From positions 20,465 to 84,464 of the forward strand of contig CAWEIM010000015.1 of assembly GCA_963809075.1 (NCBI GenBank): DNA of 64,000 nucleotides, in the 5' to 3' direction. The notes under the pieces are model-generated. The model was given only the letters and a program-made list of their open reading frames with translations, was not told the origin of the DNA and ran no database searches. Positions 9,336 to 18,773 of the stretch are shown piece by piece. Numbering within the stretch: position 1 is the stretch's first letter; each line of letters starts with the position of its first letter. The position numbers and the translations under genes are program-made. This DNA is from an uncultured Actinomycetes bacterium. Lineage in GTDB: Bacteria; Actinomycetota; Thermoleophilia; Gaiellales; Gaiellaceae.

Positions 9336-10819
9336 TTAGGGCCTCTCCAGGAGGGCCTCCATGACCGTTTTCGCGATCGGTGCGGCCGTCGTGCCGCCGA
9401 AGCCGGTCTGGTTCTGGAGGACGACCGCGATCGCGACCCTCGGATGGTCGGCGGGGGCGAACGCGATGAACCAGGTCGTGTTGATCCCGCTGTTCCCCGT
9501 CTCCGCCGTTCCCGTCTTGCCGGCCACCGGGACGCCCGGGATCTGCGCCGCCGTTCCGGTGCCGCCGGTCACGACCGACTGCATCATCAGGTTCAGCTCC
9601 TGGGCGGTCTGCGGCTTGATCGCGCGGCTCAGCATCTTCGGCGTCGTCCGCGTGACCAGGGAGCCGTTCGGCTGCTCGATCCGGTCGACGACGTAGGGAC
9701 GCATGACGACGCCCCGGTTGGCGACGCCGGCGGCGACCATCGCCATCTGAATCGGCGTCACGATCATCCGCTCCTGCCCGAACGCGAGCCGGCCCGGGTC
9801 GACCTGGGAGTTGTTCGACGGGTAGTAGAGCTGCCCCTTGGAGTACAGGCCGCTCGCGATGCGCTCGTTCTCCGGCGTCTCGAGCGGCGGGAGCGAGTAG
9901 AAGCCGAAGCGCTTCGAGTAGTCGAGGATCCTCTTGGCCCCGAGCCGGATGCCGATCTTGCAGAAGACGGAGTTGACCGAGTGCTCGAGCGCGGTGGCGA
10001 GGCTGAGCGTGCCGAACTGCTCGGGGCTCTCGGGATCGCCCGCGTTCCGCACCTTCTTCCCGTACTCGACGCAGTAGCCGGGGTCGTAGAAGCTCGACTG
10101 CGGCGTGTAGAGGCCGGTGTCGAGCGCCGCGGCCGCGGTCACCACCTTGAAGCTCGAGCCCGGCGGGAAGAGCGCGTTCGTCCCACGGTTGAGGAGCGGC
10201 GAGGCGGGCCGGCAGTTCGCGTGGATCTTGCTGACGTTGGGGATGAAGTTCGGCTTGTCGGCCAGGTTGAGGTCGAACGTGGGGCTCGACGCGGCCACGA
10301 GCACCTTGCCCGTGGACGGATCGAGCGCGAAGACGGCACCGCACTGCGTGCCGAGCGCGCCCTGAGCGATCCGCTGGCCGCGCGGGTCGACGGTCAGGAA
10401 CACGTTGTTGCCGGTGACCGTGATGCCCTGCAGCCGGTCGAGGTTCGTTTTCAGGACGGTGTTCAGGTTCGAGTTCGTCCCGGTCAGGTAGTCGTTCAGC
10501 GACGACTCCAGGCCGGTGCGGGAGCGCTCCTGCGTCGAGTAGCCGACCGTCTGCGCGAGCATCCCGAGGTTCGGGTACTTGCGGAAGTAGAAGGTCTGGC
10601 CCTTGACCTTGCGCCGCAGGTTGGTCGCGTAGATCGTCTTCCCGGCCGAGCCCTCGATCTTTCCGCGCCTGACCGTGAATTGCGCGACGCGCTGAATGGC
10701 GTTGTCCTGCTTCGCGGCCAGGCTGCTCGACGCCCAGACCTGCCAGTAGGTCGTGCCGACGATCAGCGCACCAGCAGGACGAGCGCGACAGTCGCGACGC
10801 GCGTGATGCTGCGGTTCAC
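9336..10819 (-). pseudogene. pbpA: Penicillin-binding protein (PbpA/PBP2-type transpeptidase); one frame break near 10770
   Basis: SSFKVVTAAAALD (SxxK), LEHSVNSVF (SxN) and AGKTGTAE (KTG). The N-terminal TM segment VNRSITRVATVALVLLV is one base out of frame with ALIVGTTYWQ, and one G is missing from a run. The GTG start overlaps the rodA stop (GTGA). Confidence 0.85.
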
Positions 10820-12105
10820 TCGATCCCCCTGAGCGCGTTGGCCCGGTTCGAGACGAGCATGAGCAGCGCGAGCATGAGGAAGTTGGCGACCACGCTCGAT
10901 CCCCCATACGAGACGAAGGGAAGCGTGATCCCGGTGAGCGGGATGATCCGCAGGATGCCGCCGACGATGATGAAGGTCTGCAGGGCGAAGCCGAAGGTCA
11001 GCCCGACGGCGAGGAGCTTCGAGAACCCGTCACTCGCAAGCAGCGAGATCCGGAAGCCGCGCATGACGAAGAGCATGAAGACGAGGACGAGCGCCGAGAC
11101 GCCGATCAGGCCGAGCTCCTGGGCCAGCGCCGAGTAGATGAAGTCGGTGTTCAGGAACGGGATGAGCGCATCGCCGCCCTGTCGTCGAGAACGTGCCCTT
11201 GCCCGGGCCCGTTCCGGTGTAGCCGCCGTTCGCGATCGAGTACAGCGACTTGGTCAGCTGGTAGCTGGCGCAGTTCTGGCGGAGCTCCATCCGGCCGTTC
11301 GCGGCGCAGTAGACCGCCTGCTCCGTCCAGGGATGGAGCCAGATGGTCACGCGCTCGCGCACGCGCGAGACCGTCTCGTAGGCGACGACCGCGCCCGCGA
11401 GGAAGAGCCCGCGCGCCGATCCCGACGAACAGGAGCCGCGACGTCGCGACGTACAGCATGACCAGGAAGATCCCGAAGAAGAGGAGGGCGCTGCCGAGGT
11501 CCTTCGTCTCGACGAGGACGAGCATCGCCCCGCCCCAGATCACGAGCAGCGGCCCGAAGTCCTTCAGCCGCCCCTGCGCCAGCACCTCCCGTTTCTCGCC
11601 GCAGGTAGCCGGCCAGGAAGATGATCAGGCAGATCTTCGCGATCTCGCCCGGCTGGAACTGCAGCGGCCCGAGCTTGACCCAGAGTCGCGCGCCGTTGAT
11701 GGTCTCGCCGATTCCCGGCAGCGCCGGCAGCGCGAGCAGAAAGACCGCGCCGACGCCGAAGAGGTAGCGGTAGTTCTCCAGCCGCCTGTAGTCGCCGCGC
11801 AGGAAGAAGAGCGTCAGCGCGAACAGCGCGACTCCGATCACGACCCACAGGCCCTGGCGGAAGGCGTCGGTCGGGTCGAGCCGGTAGATCTCCGTGATGC
11901 CGACCGCGGTCAGCAGCCCCGCGATGGGCAGCAGGTACGGGTCCGCGTGGGGTACGGTCGCTCGCGCAACGAGGTGCGCGAGCAGGTAGAGGCCGAGGAA
12001 GACGCCTGCGTACGACAGCGAGGCGGCCGAGATGACCGACTGCCTGGCGATGTAGACGCTCGCGAACCCGACCGCGGTGAGAGCCCCGACCCCGATCAGG
12101 GTCAC
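10816..12105 (-). pseudogene. rodA: SEDS-family peptidoglycan polymerase RodA/FtsW; three frame breaks (about 11590, 11400, 11130)
   Basis: Four ORF-track pieces in three frames join colinearly: ...LQFQPGEIAKICLIIFLAGYL / KDFGPLLVIWGGAMLVLVETKDLGSALLFFGIFLVMLYV / ...IANGGYTGTGPGKG / ...IIPLTGITLPFVSYGGSSVVANF.... Confidence 0.85.
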
Positions 12106-12125
12106 GAGCTCCCGATTACGACTTC

Positions 12126-13304
12126 TTATGGCGGGATCTCCTCTTCATAACGGCGGATGGCACCCTTGGCGGAACCGAAGCCACGCAAATCGTGGTCGAA
12201 CAGATGTTGCCGTTCGGGCTGGGTCAGCTGCGCGGCCAACAAACGGCTCACGTAGACGCGGCGGTAGAGGTCGATCCCGGCGATGTCGTAGGGGAGGCCC
12301 TGGTAGACGGCGACGTGGCCGTCCTTCTCGGCGCCGACGAAGTGCGACTGCGAGAGGCCGAAGAGCCCGAGCCCGATGATCGCGAGGAGGATGGCGAGCG
12401 CGATGATCCAGTAGAGCCTGGCTCGGCTCTTGCGCGGCGGAGGATGGTCGACGACCGGCTCGGGGACGTCGCCGTCCTGCGACGACCACTCGTCGGGCTT
12501 CGCGGCGATGACCGGGACGCCGTCGAGCTCCGAGAGCGTGTCCTCGTCGTCGTCCTGGTCGACGGGGACGGCCTCCTCGGTGCGGTCGGCGGCCGCGCCG
12601 ACCTCGAACAGGAGGACGGTGATGTTGTCCTCGCCGCCGCCCTTGTTGGCTGCCTTGACCAGCTCCTGCGCGGCCTTCTTGAGGTTGGCGCGGTGCCGCT
12701 GGAGCGTTTCCTCGATCGTTCCGTCGTCGACCATGTCGCTGAGCCCGTCGGAGCAAAGGAGGAAGACGTCGCCTTCCTCGGTCTCGATCTGGAAGACGTC
12801 GCCGTCCACGTCCGGGTCGGTTCCGAGCGCCCTGGTGATCACGGAGCGCTGCGGGTGCGTCTCGGCCTCCTCCTCGGACAGCTTTCCGGCGCGCGTCAGC
12901 TCGGCGACGAGAGAGTGGTCGTCGGTGATCTGCTCGAGCTTGTCGTCACGGAGGCGGTACGCGCGCGAGTCGCCGACGTGGCCGAACGTGACCGTGCCCT
13001 CGTCGACGAGCGCGAGCGTCAGGGTCGTCCCCATGCCGGCCAGCGCCATGTCCTGCTGCGCCTTCTCGTAGACGCGGCGGTTCGCGGACTGGATCAGCGC
13101 CTTGACGCGCTCCTCGCTCGTTCCCTTCCCGTCCTCGCCCTCCTTGAGCGCCTCCGCGGCGAGCCCCGAGGCCACTTCTCCGGCCTGCGCTCCGCCCATC
13201 CCGTCCGCGATCGCGAAGAGGGGCGGTTCGCAGACGAAGACGTCCTCGTTGTTCCGCCTGCGGCGGCCGGGATCTGTCTTGGTGACGAACTGGCGCAGCG
13301 TCAT
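12126..13304 (-). CDS. pstP: PP2C-family Ser/Thr phosphatase with C-terminal TM anchor (PstP)
   Basis: MTLRQFVTKTDPGRRRRNNEDVF, AIADGMGGAQAGEVAS, GDSRAY, CSDGLSD, GGEDNITVLLFEV and the TM helix LYWIIALAILLAIIGLGLFGL. The ATG overlaps the fhaB stop (ATGA). Confidence 0.9.
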   Translation of the reverse strand: MTLRQFVTKTDPGRRRRNNEDVFVCEPPLFAIADGMGGAQAGEVASGLAAEALKEGEDGKGTSEERVKALIQSANRRVYEKAQQDMALAGMGTTLTLALVDEGTVTFGHVGDSRAYRLRDDKLEQITDDHSLVAELTRAGKLSEEEAETHPQRSVITRALGTDPDVDGDVFQIETEEGDVFLLCSDGLSDMVDDGTIEETLQRHRANLKKAAQELVKAANKGGGEDNITVLLFEVGAAADRTEEAVPVDQDDDEDTLSELDGVPVIAAKPDEWSSQDGDVPEPVVDHPPPRKSRARLYWIIALAILLAIIGLGLFGLSQSHFVGAEKDGHVAVYQGLPYDIAGIDLYRRVYVSRLLAAQLTQPERQHLFDHDLRGFGSAKGAIRRYEEEIPP

Positions 13305-13799
13305 CGTTCGAACCTGAAATCGCTTTCGCCGATTTTGACAATGTCTCCCGGCTCGAGGCGTTTCGGCCGTTTCAGCTTCACCCCGTTCACGTAGGTCCCG
13401 TTGGTCGAGCCTACGTCTTCGAGCCATACCCCGTCCCCGCGCGGCTCGAACCGCGCATGCGTCGCGGAGGCGAACGTGTCGCCCGGGAGCGGGACGTCGT
13501 TCTCGCCGTCGCGTCCCACCGTGAGCGGCTCCGAGCCCAGCGGAACCTCGCTCTCCCGGTCGAGCGCGGGGCTCTTCACGACCACCAGGTGGCCGATCTT
13601 CTTCGCCGCGGCGAGCCTGCAGCTCACGCGCCTGCTCGGGGGTCAGCAGCATGCTGTCGTCCGCGGCGATCTGCGGCTCCTGCACTTCCCGGCGAGCGAG
13701 CCGGACGATGCGCCAGATGAACAGGTAGAGGAGCACGAGGAACGCAATCTTGAGGGCGAGCAGGACCTCTTCGATCTGGACGGAGCCCGCCCCGATCAC
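13301..13799 (-). pseudogene. fhaB: FHA-domain protein FhaB/FipA (N-terminal TM helix plus C-terminal FHA); one frame break near 13616
   Basis: The N-terminus VIGAGSVQIEEVLLALKIAFLVLLYLFIWRIV...TPEQARELQ is in one frame. LAAAKKIGHLVVVKSP...TVGRDGENDVPL...HARFEPRGDGVWLEDVGSTNGTYVNG is in the next. There is one extra G in a GG run. The GTG start overlaps the fhaA stop. Confidence 0.85.
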
Positions 13800-14574
13800 G
13801 GAAGTTCGAAGACGAGCTCCGTGGAACCGAGGAGGATGGTGTCTCCGTCGGCCAGGCGGGCCCGCCGCACCCTCCGTCCGTTGACCTCGGCCCCATTCGT
13901 CGAATCGAGATCGACGACGTAGAAGTTGGTGCCCTCCTGCCGGATCTCGGCGTGCTTCCGCGAGACGTTCGGGTCGGTCAGCCGCACGTCGCACTCGCGC
14001 GAGCGTCCGATGACGAGCCGGCCGCGCTCGAGCGGGTATTCGGCCGCGCCCACCCGAATCAGGGCCGGCGGCGCAGCCGGGACGGGCTCCGGCACGGCCG
14101 CCGCGGCGACCGCGACGGCCTCTGGCTCGGGTCGGGGCGGTAGATCATCGTCGCGCCCGGCTGGGGCTGCGACTTCGGCTCGCCCGGCTCTGCCTGACGC
14201 GGCTCGCGCTGGACCATCCGCGTGGCGATGCCGAACTCGCCGATCGAGAGATCCGCGTCGGTCTCCATCGACACCGTCGGCGGGGAGAGCAGCTCGTACT
14301 CCTCGCGTCGCGCGTGCTGGCCCAGGTAGTCCTGCAGCTCTCCGAGCAGCGCGTCCTCGTACCCCTCGAACTGCTCGCGGTCGGGCGGTGCGAGGTAGAT
14401 CGTGTACTCGTTCGGGACGTAGACGCGCGAGACGGAGACGGTGCGGTGGTCGTCCATCTCCTTGGCCAGCTTGCGCGCGAGCTCGACGGGCTGGACATGG
14501 GCGCGGAACGCCCGCCCGAAGACACCCTCGAACAGGCCCTCGATCTTTTGCTCGATTGCGCGCAGAACGGTCAA
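13796..14574 (-). pseudogene. fhaA: FhaA (DUF3662 N-domain plus C-terminal FHA domain); one frame break near 14110-14140
   Basis: The N-domain is MTVLRAIEQKIEGLFEGVFGRAFRAHVQPVELARKLAKEMDDH. The FHA domain (LVIGRSRECDVRLTDPNVSRKHAEIRQEGTNFYVVDLDSTNGAEVNG) lies in a second frame. The start is TTG at 14574. Confidence 0.85.
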
Positions 14575-14608
14575 CTGGACCTCGCCTCGGAGTGGTGCTC
14601 CGGAGGCG

Positions 14609-16285
14609 TCAGTCTAGTGTCTGAGGTCGCGGAACCAGCGGCCGGGCGCGCGGAATCCACCGTGCCCGAGTCTGCCAGAGGACGAGTGCGGCGCACGTCG
14701 CCCAGGTCGTGAGGACGGCGGGAACGGGGTTCGCGTGCGGCGCGGCCAGCACGGTTGCGGCGATCGCTCCTCCGCCATAGAGCGCGATCCCCCAGATCCC
14801 CTTCCGGCGAGCGAAGGGCAGGATGGCTGCGGCCGCGGCGAGGGCCAGCGCCTCGACGGCGATCGCCGGGTGCGCGGCGACGGCGTGGCGGACGGCGGAG
14901 AAGGCGTTCACGGGGCTGCGCTCCTCGGCCAGGCCCAGTGAGCCGATCCGGCCGGCCGAGAAGGGAAGGCCCTCGCCGGTCAGCCCGGCGACGAGGGCCG
15001 CAGTCAATACCGCAGTTGCGGCGTGCAGCGCGCGGCGCCAGGTCGACCTGACGGGCTGGAGGACGAGCGGAAGCAATCCGAGCAGAGAGAGAGGAGCGAG
15101 CAGCGGGCCGAGGACGAACGCGAATGCGGCCCGAGGCTCGCGCAAATGAAGCACGAACCAGATCGCGGCCGCCAGGCCGTAGAGGAGCGCGAGCCCGAGG
15201 GCCGTGTTCCCGAGCGGAAAGACCGGCACGAGCAGCGCGAGGGCGAGCCCGCCTCGCGGGCTGAAATAGGTGAGCACCCCGGCGAGCACCGCCAGCGCGA
15301 CCGGCCCGCCTGTCGGATAGAAGGGAAGCGCGACTGCCGCCCATCCGGCGAAGAGCGCGGCGAGGACGGCGGGCACCGCACGGGCGAGCGGCGGAGGCGC
15401 GACGGGACGGGGCGCAGGCGCCGTAGATGTCGAGGTCCGCTTTCGGCGCGCGAGCCGCAGCGTCTTCGCGAGCTCCGCGGCGCCCGGACGCTGCATCGGG
15501 TCGGGATGGAGCGCGCGCGCGACCGCCGCGACGAGGGGCTTCGGCAGGTCGGGCCGCGCCCTCTGAAGCGGCGGTGCTCCCGCCTCGATCTTCTTCGAGG
15601 TGGCGAGAAGTGACGGCGCCCAGAACGGATGCCGGCCCGCGAGTGCTTCCCAGAGCATCACCCCGACCGACCAGACGTCGCTGGCCGGAGACGCCGCCTC
15701 GCCGCGCAGCCGCTCCGGCGAGATGTACGCGAGGGTCCCGGGCACGTCGCCGACCGCCGTCAGCGTGTCCGCCTCGGCGAAGCGGGCGAGGCCGAAGTCG
15801 AGCAAGCGAATCGACGTCTCCGGGCCGTCCTCGAGCAGGACGTTGGCCGGCTTGACGTCGCGGTGGACGATTCCCTTCCCGTGCGCGTGGGCCAGGCCTT
15901 CGAGGATCTGCGCGGCCGCCTCGACCGCGCCGGCGTCCGTGAGCTTTCCGTTCCGCGTTGCCTCGCGCATGGTCGAGCCGGCGACGTACTCGTACGCGAT
16001 GTAGACGTGGCTGCCGTCGCTCGCCTGCGCGTAGATCCGCTGGCAGCGCGGATGGCGGAGCTTCGCGGCCGCGCCTGCCTCCCGCTCGGCGCGCGCGCCG
16101 GTCTTCCCCTCGCGCGGGACGATCTTGAGCGCGACGTCGAGGCCGTTGCGCTCGTCGCGTGCGAGCCAGACCGAGCCGGAGCTTCCGCCCCCGAGGGGCC
16201 TGATCGGCCGGTAGCGACCGAGGATCAGCTCGCTGGAGGAGAGGGCGCCGGTCGCTCGCTGCATCTGCTCCTCCGGTTTGGACAT
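14609..16285 (-). CDS. Ser/Thr protein kinase fused to a polytopic (about 8-9 TM) Ala/Leu/Pro-rich membrane domain
   Basis: Intact, 558 aa. The kinase core has GGGSSGSVWLARD, HRDVKPANVLL, DFGLA and GTLAYISPE. About 270 hydrophobic residues follow (AVPAVLAALFAGWAAVALPFYP...ATCAALVLWQ), and I recognise no family in them. Confidence 0.85.
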   Translation of the reverse strand: MSKPEEQMQRATGALSSSELILGRYRPIRPLGGGSSGSVWLARDERNGLDVALKIVPREGKTGARAEREAGAAAKLRHPRCQRIYAQASDGSHVYIAYEYVAGSTMREATRNGKLTDAGAVEAAAQILEGLAHAHGKGIVHRDVKPANVLLEDGPETSIRLLDFGLARFAEADTLTAVGDVPGTLAYISPERLRGEAASPASDVWSVGVMLWEALAGRHPFWAPSLLATSKKIEAGAPPLQRARPDLPKPLVAAVARALHPDPMQRPGAAELAKTLRLARRKRTSTSTAPAPRPVAPPPLARAVPAVLAALFAGWAAVALPFYPTGGPVALAVLAGVLTYFSPRGGLALALLVPVFPLGNTALGLALLYGLAAAIWFVLHLREPRAAFAFVLGPLLAPLSLLGLLPLVLQPVRSTWRRALHAATAVLTAALVAGLTGEGLPFSAGRIGSLGLAEERSPVNAFSAVRHAVAAHPAIAVEALALAAAAAILPFARRKGIWGIALYGGGAIAATVLAAPHANPVPAVLTTWATCAALVLWQTRARWIPRARPLVPRPQTLD

Positions 16286-16355
16286 GCACGTTCAATGTCC
16301 TTTACGGGCCGGACGAAGGGTTACAGTGATTTGGCCCGAACGGGCTCAAACCGCC

Positions 16356-17496
16356 ATGACCGAACGTGACGACGACCTCGATTTCGAGTTCTTCGATGAC
16401 GAGCCTGCGACGCAGGAGGCCGCCTCGACGCAGCCGCGCATCATGCGGCGCGTCCCCCGGCCGCCGACGCCGCCGCGCCCGCCTGCCGGCATAACGCCGC
16501 TCCTTCGGCTCGTCGGCCTGATCGCGGTCGCGATCCTGATCGTCGTGCTGCTCGTCTTCTGGGTGCAGAGCTGCCGCGGCTCGAGCAAGCGCAGCTCGTT
16601 CGAGGACTACATGAGCCAGATCTCGGACGTCGCCTCGTCCTCCTCCGCGATCGGCCAGGACTTCAGCAAGCTGCTCGCCCAGCCCGGCGTGGAGGAGAAG
16701 GAGCTCGAGTCGAAGCTGAACGGCTACGCGCAGCGCCAGCAGCAGATCGTCGCGAGCACGCAGGCGATCAGCCCGCCCGGCCAGCTCCGCGACGAGCAGC
16801 GGGCCGCGGTCGAGGCCATGCAGTTCCGGGTCAGCGGCCTGCAGGGGCTCGAGGGCGCGTTCCGGCGGACGGCCGACCTCACCAGCTCGGACGAGGCCTC
16901 GACGCTCCTCGCGGCGCAGGCGCAGCGCCTGTTGACGAGCGACGTCATCTGGGACGACCTCTTCAAGGATCCCACGAGCGGGGTGCTGAAGAGCGAAGGC
17001 GTGACCGGCATCAACGTCCCGTCGTCCAAGTTTCTCATCTCGCCGGACTTCGCCAGCGCGGCCGCGATGAAGTCGATCTGGGAGCGGCTGCAGGGCGCAT
17101 CGTCGGGCGGCAATCCGACCGGCGTCCACGGGATGGGGATCGAGTCGGTCAAGGTGCTGCCGGCGGGCCAGCAGCTCTCGCAGGACACCGACACGACCAT
17201 CACGGTCACGCAGGATCTCGCCTTCGAAGTCACCGTCAAGGACACCGGTGACTCCGAGGAGGTGCAGGTCCAGGTCGACCTGACCATCCAGCGCACGCCC
17301 ACGCCGATCAAGAAGACGGAGACCATCCCGCTGATCAATACCGGGTGAGACGAAGACCATCGTCTTCCGCGATCTCGGCTCCCCGCCGTTCGAGCGGACG
17401 ACGGTGAAGGTGGACGTCATCCCGGTTCCGGGTGAGGAGAACACCTCCAACAACAGCTACGAGTACCCGGTCATCTTCACCCTGAGCTCGCCGTGA
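16356..17496 (+). pseudogene. Membrane-anchored hypothetical protein (acidic N-terminus, one TM, helical region, C-terminal beta/CARDB-like domain); one frame break at 17343-17345
   Basis: MTERDDDLDFEFFDDEP..., TM helix LLRLVGLIAVAILIVVLLVFWV. After ...ETIPLINTG the sequence continues in another frame as ETKTIVFRDLGSPPFERTTVKVDVIPVPGEENTSNNSYEYPVIFTLSSP*. Removing one G from the GGG run joins the two. The stop overlaps the next start (GTGA, 17493-17496). Confidence 0.65.
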
Positions 17497-17975
17497 GCCT
17501 GTCCAGCACGACCGCGGCGTGGATCGCGATCGGGGCCGCCTGCGTTGCGCTCGCCGCGCTCGCGCTGGTGATCTGGGGCTTGCTCCGAATGCGCCGGATG
17601 CGGACCGCGCAGCAGGTGCTCCTCGGCGGCGGCAAGTCCGACCTGGTCGACTTCGCCGTCTCGCTCCAGGGACGGATCGACGATCTCCACCGCGCCGTCG
17701 ACGACGTCGCAGCCGGACTGACCCGGGTCGACCAGCGGATCGACGGCTCGATCGGCAAGACCTCGATCGTCCGCTACGACGCCTACAAGGACACGGGCGG
17801 CCACCAGTCCGCCTCGCTTGCCCTGCTCGACGGCGGCCGCAGCGGAATCGTGGTCAGTGCGATCCAGGGGCGGGACTACGCCCGGATCTACATGAAGGAG
17901 CTCGACCGCGGCCGCGCCTCGGTCGCGCTGTCTCCGGAGGAGATGGAGGCGGTCGAGCGGGCAATGGCCCGATAG
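17493..17975 (+). CDS. DUF4446 family protein
   Basis: N-terminal TM helix, then IVRYDAYKDTGGHQSASLALLDGGRSGIVVSAIQGRDYARIYMKEL...LSPEEMEAVERA, the pattern I know as DUF4446. Confidence 0.75.
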   Translation: MSLSSTTAAWIAIGAACVALAALALVIWGLLRMRRMRTAQQVLLGGGKSDLVDFAVSLQGRIDDLHRAVDDVAAGLTRVDQRIDGSIGKTSIVRYDAYKDTGGHQSASLALLDGGRSGIVVSAIQGRDYARIYMKELDRGRASVALSPEEMEAVERAMAR

Positions 17976-18164
17976 CGCTCTGGCCGGCGGCCTCCGCCCG
18001 GCGAAGCCGGGCTCCGGGCCGCCTGACGCCGCTCGCCGCAGGATGCTTCGCGGGCGGCGCTTGTCCGTGCTAGCTGCACTGTCCTGCGCGCCGCCCGCCC
18101 GCCTCCTTTGCGAGCGACGTCCCAGAGCGCTCTCGGGGCTGCTATCCCGGGCCGGTCCCTGCGC

Positions 18165-18170
18165 TAGATT
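18165..18170 (+). promoter_or_regulatory. Candidate -10 box (TAGATT) 10 nt upstream of the HNH gene ATG
   Basis: This is the only TANNNT hexamer in the GC-rich 205-nt gap. There is no Shine-Dalgarno sequence before ATG 18181. Confidence 0.3.
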
Positions 18171-18180
18171 TTGCTCGGCC

Positions 18181-18693
18181 ATGCAGCAGGTTCTCGTCCT
18201 GAATGCGAGTTATGAGCCTCTGAACGTCACTACGGTGCGTCGTGCGCACGTGCTCGTCTTCAAGGGCAAGGCCGAAGTGCTGGAGGAGCTGAAGCAGCCG
18301 CTTCGTTCGGCGAGCGACACCTTTCAGTGGCCGCACGTCATCCGGCTCGTCACGTACGTCCGCGTCCCGCGGGCCGTCCAGCGGAAGATCTCCCGGCGCG
18401 CGCTGTTCGCCCGCGACAATTGGCGCTGCGTCTACTGCGGCACGTCGGCCGGCCGGCTGACGCTCGATCACGTGGTGCCGCGGAGCCGCGGTGGTGACTC
18501 GGTGTGGGAGAACGTGGTCACCTCCTGCGCGCCCTGCAACCTGAAAAAGGGCAACCGGCTGCCCGAGGAGATCGCAATGGAGCTACCGCACGTGCCGAAG
18601 GCTCCGACCCCGGTGCTCTTCATCCGGCTCGCCTCGCCCAAGATCCCGGACGGCTGGCAGCCGTACCTGGCCGCCTTCGGCGCCGCGGCCTGA
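18181..18693 (+). CDS. HNH endonuclease (stand-alone, McrA/COG1403-like)
   Basis: MQQVLVLNASYEPLNV..., WRCVYCG...LTLDHVVPRSRGGDSVWENVVTSCAPCNLKKGNR (HNH with Cys pairs). The start is taken at the internal ATG of the 216-aa track ORF. Confidence 0.85.
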   Translation: MQQVLVLNASYEPLNVTTVRRAHVLVFKGKAEVLEELKQPLRSASDTFQWPHVIRLVTYVRVPRAVQRKISRRALFARDNWRCVYCGTSAGRLTLDHVVPRSRGGDSVWENVVTSCAPCNLKKGNRLPEEIAMELPHVPKAPTPVLFIRLASPKIPDGWQPYLAAFGAAA

Positions 18694-18716
18694 CCTCGTA
18701 GCGCCGGCTGGACGAG

Positions 18717-18736
18717 AATAGGCCGCTCGGCCTATT
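18717..18736 (+). terminator. Hairpin after the HNH gene (AATAGGCC-GCTC-GGCCTATT)
   Basis: Perfect 8-bp stem with a 4-nt loop, 24 nt after the stop. There is no strong T tract, as is common in high-GC genomes. Confidence 0.45.
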
Positions 18737-18773
18737 GCGCGTCTTGTCGCGAATGCGTAGCCTCAGCTGACCG

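Noticed and set aside
18181-18693. HNH endonuclease as a marker of a mobile element, homing intron or restriction system.
   Set aside because: There are no flanking direct or inverted repeats, integrase, methyltransferase or phage genes. Composition matches the surroundings.
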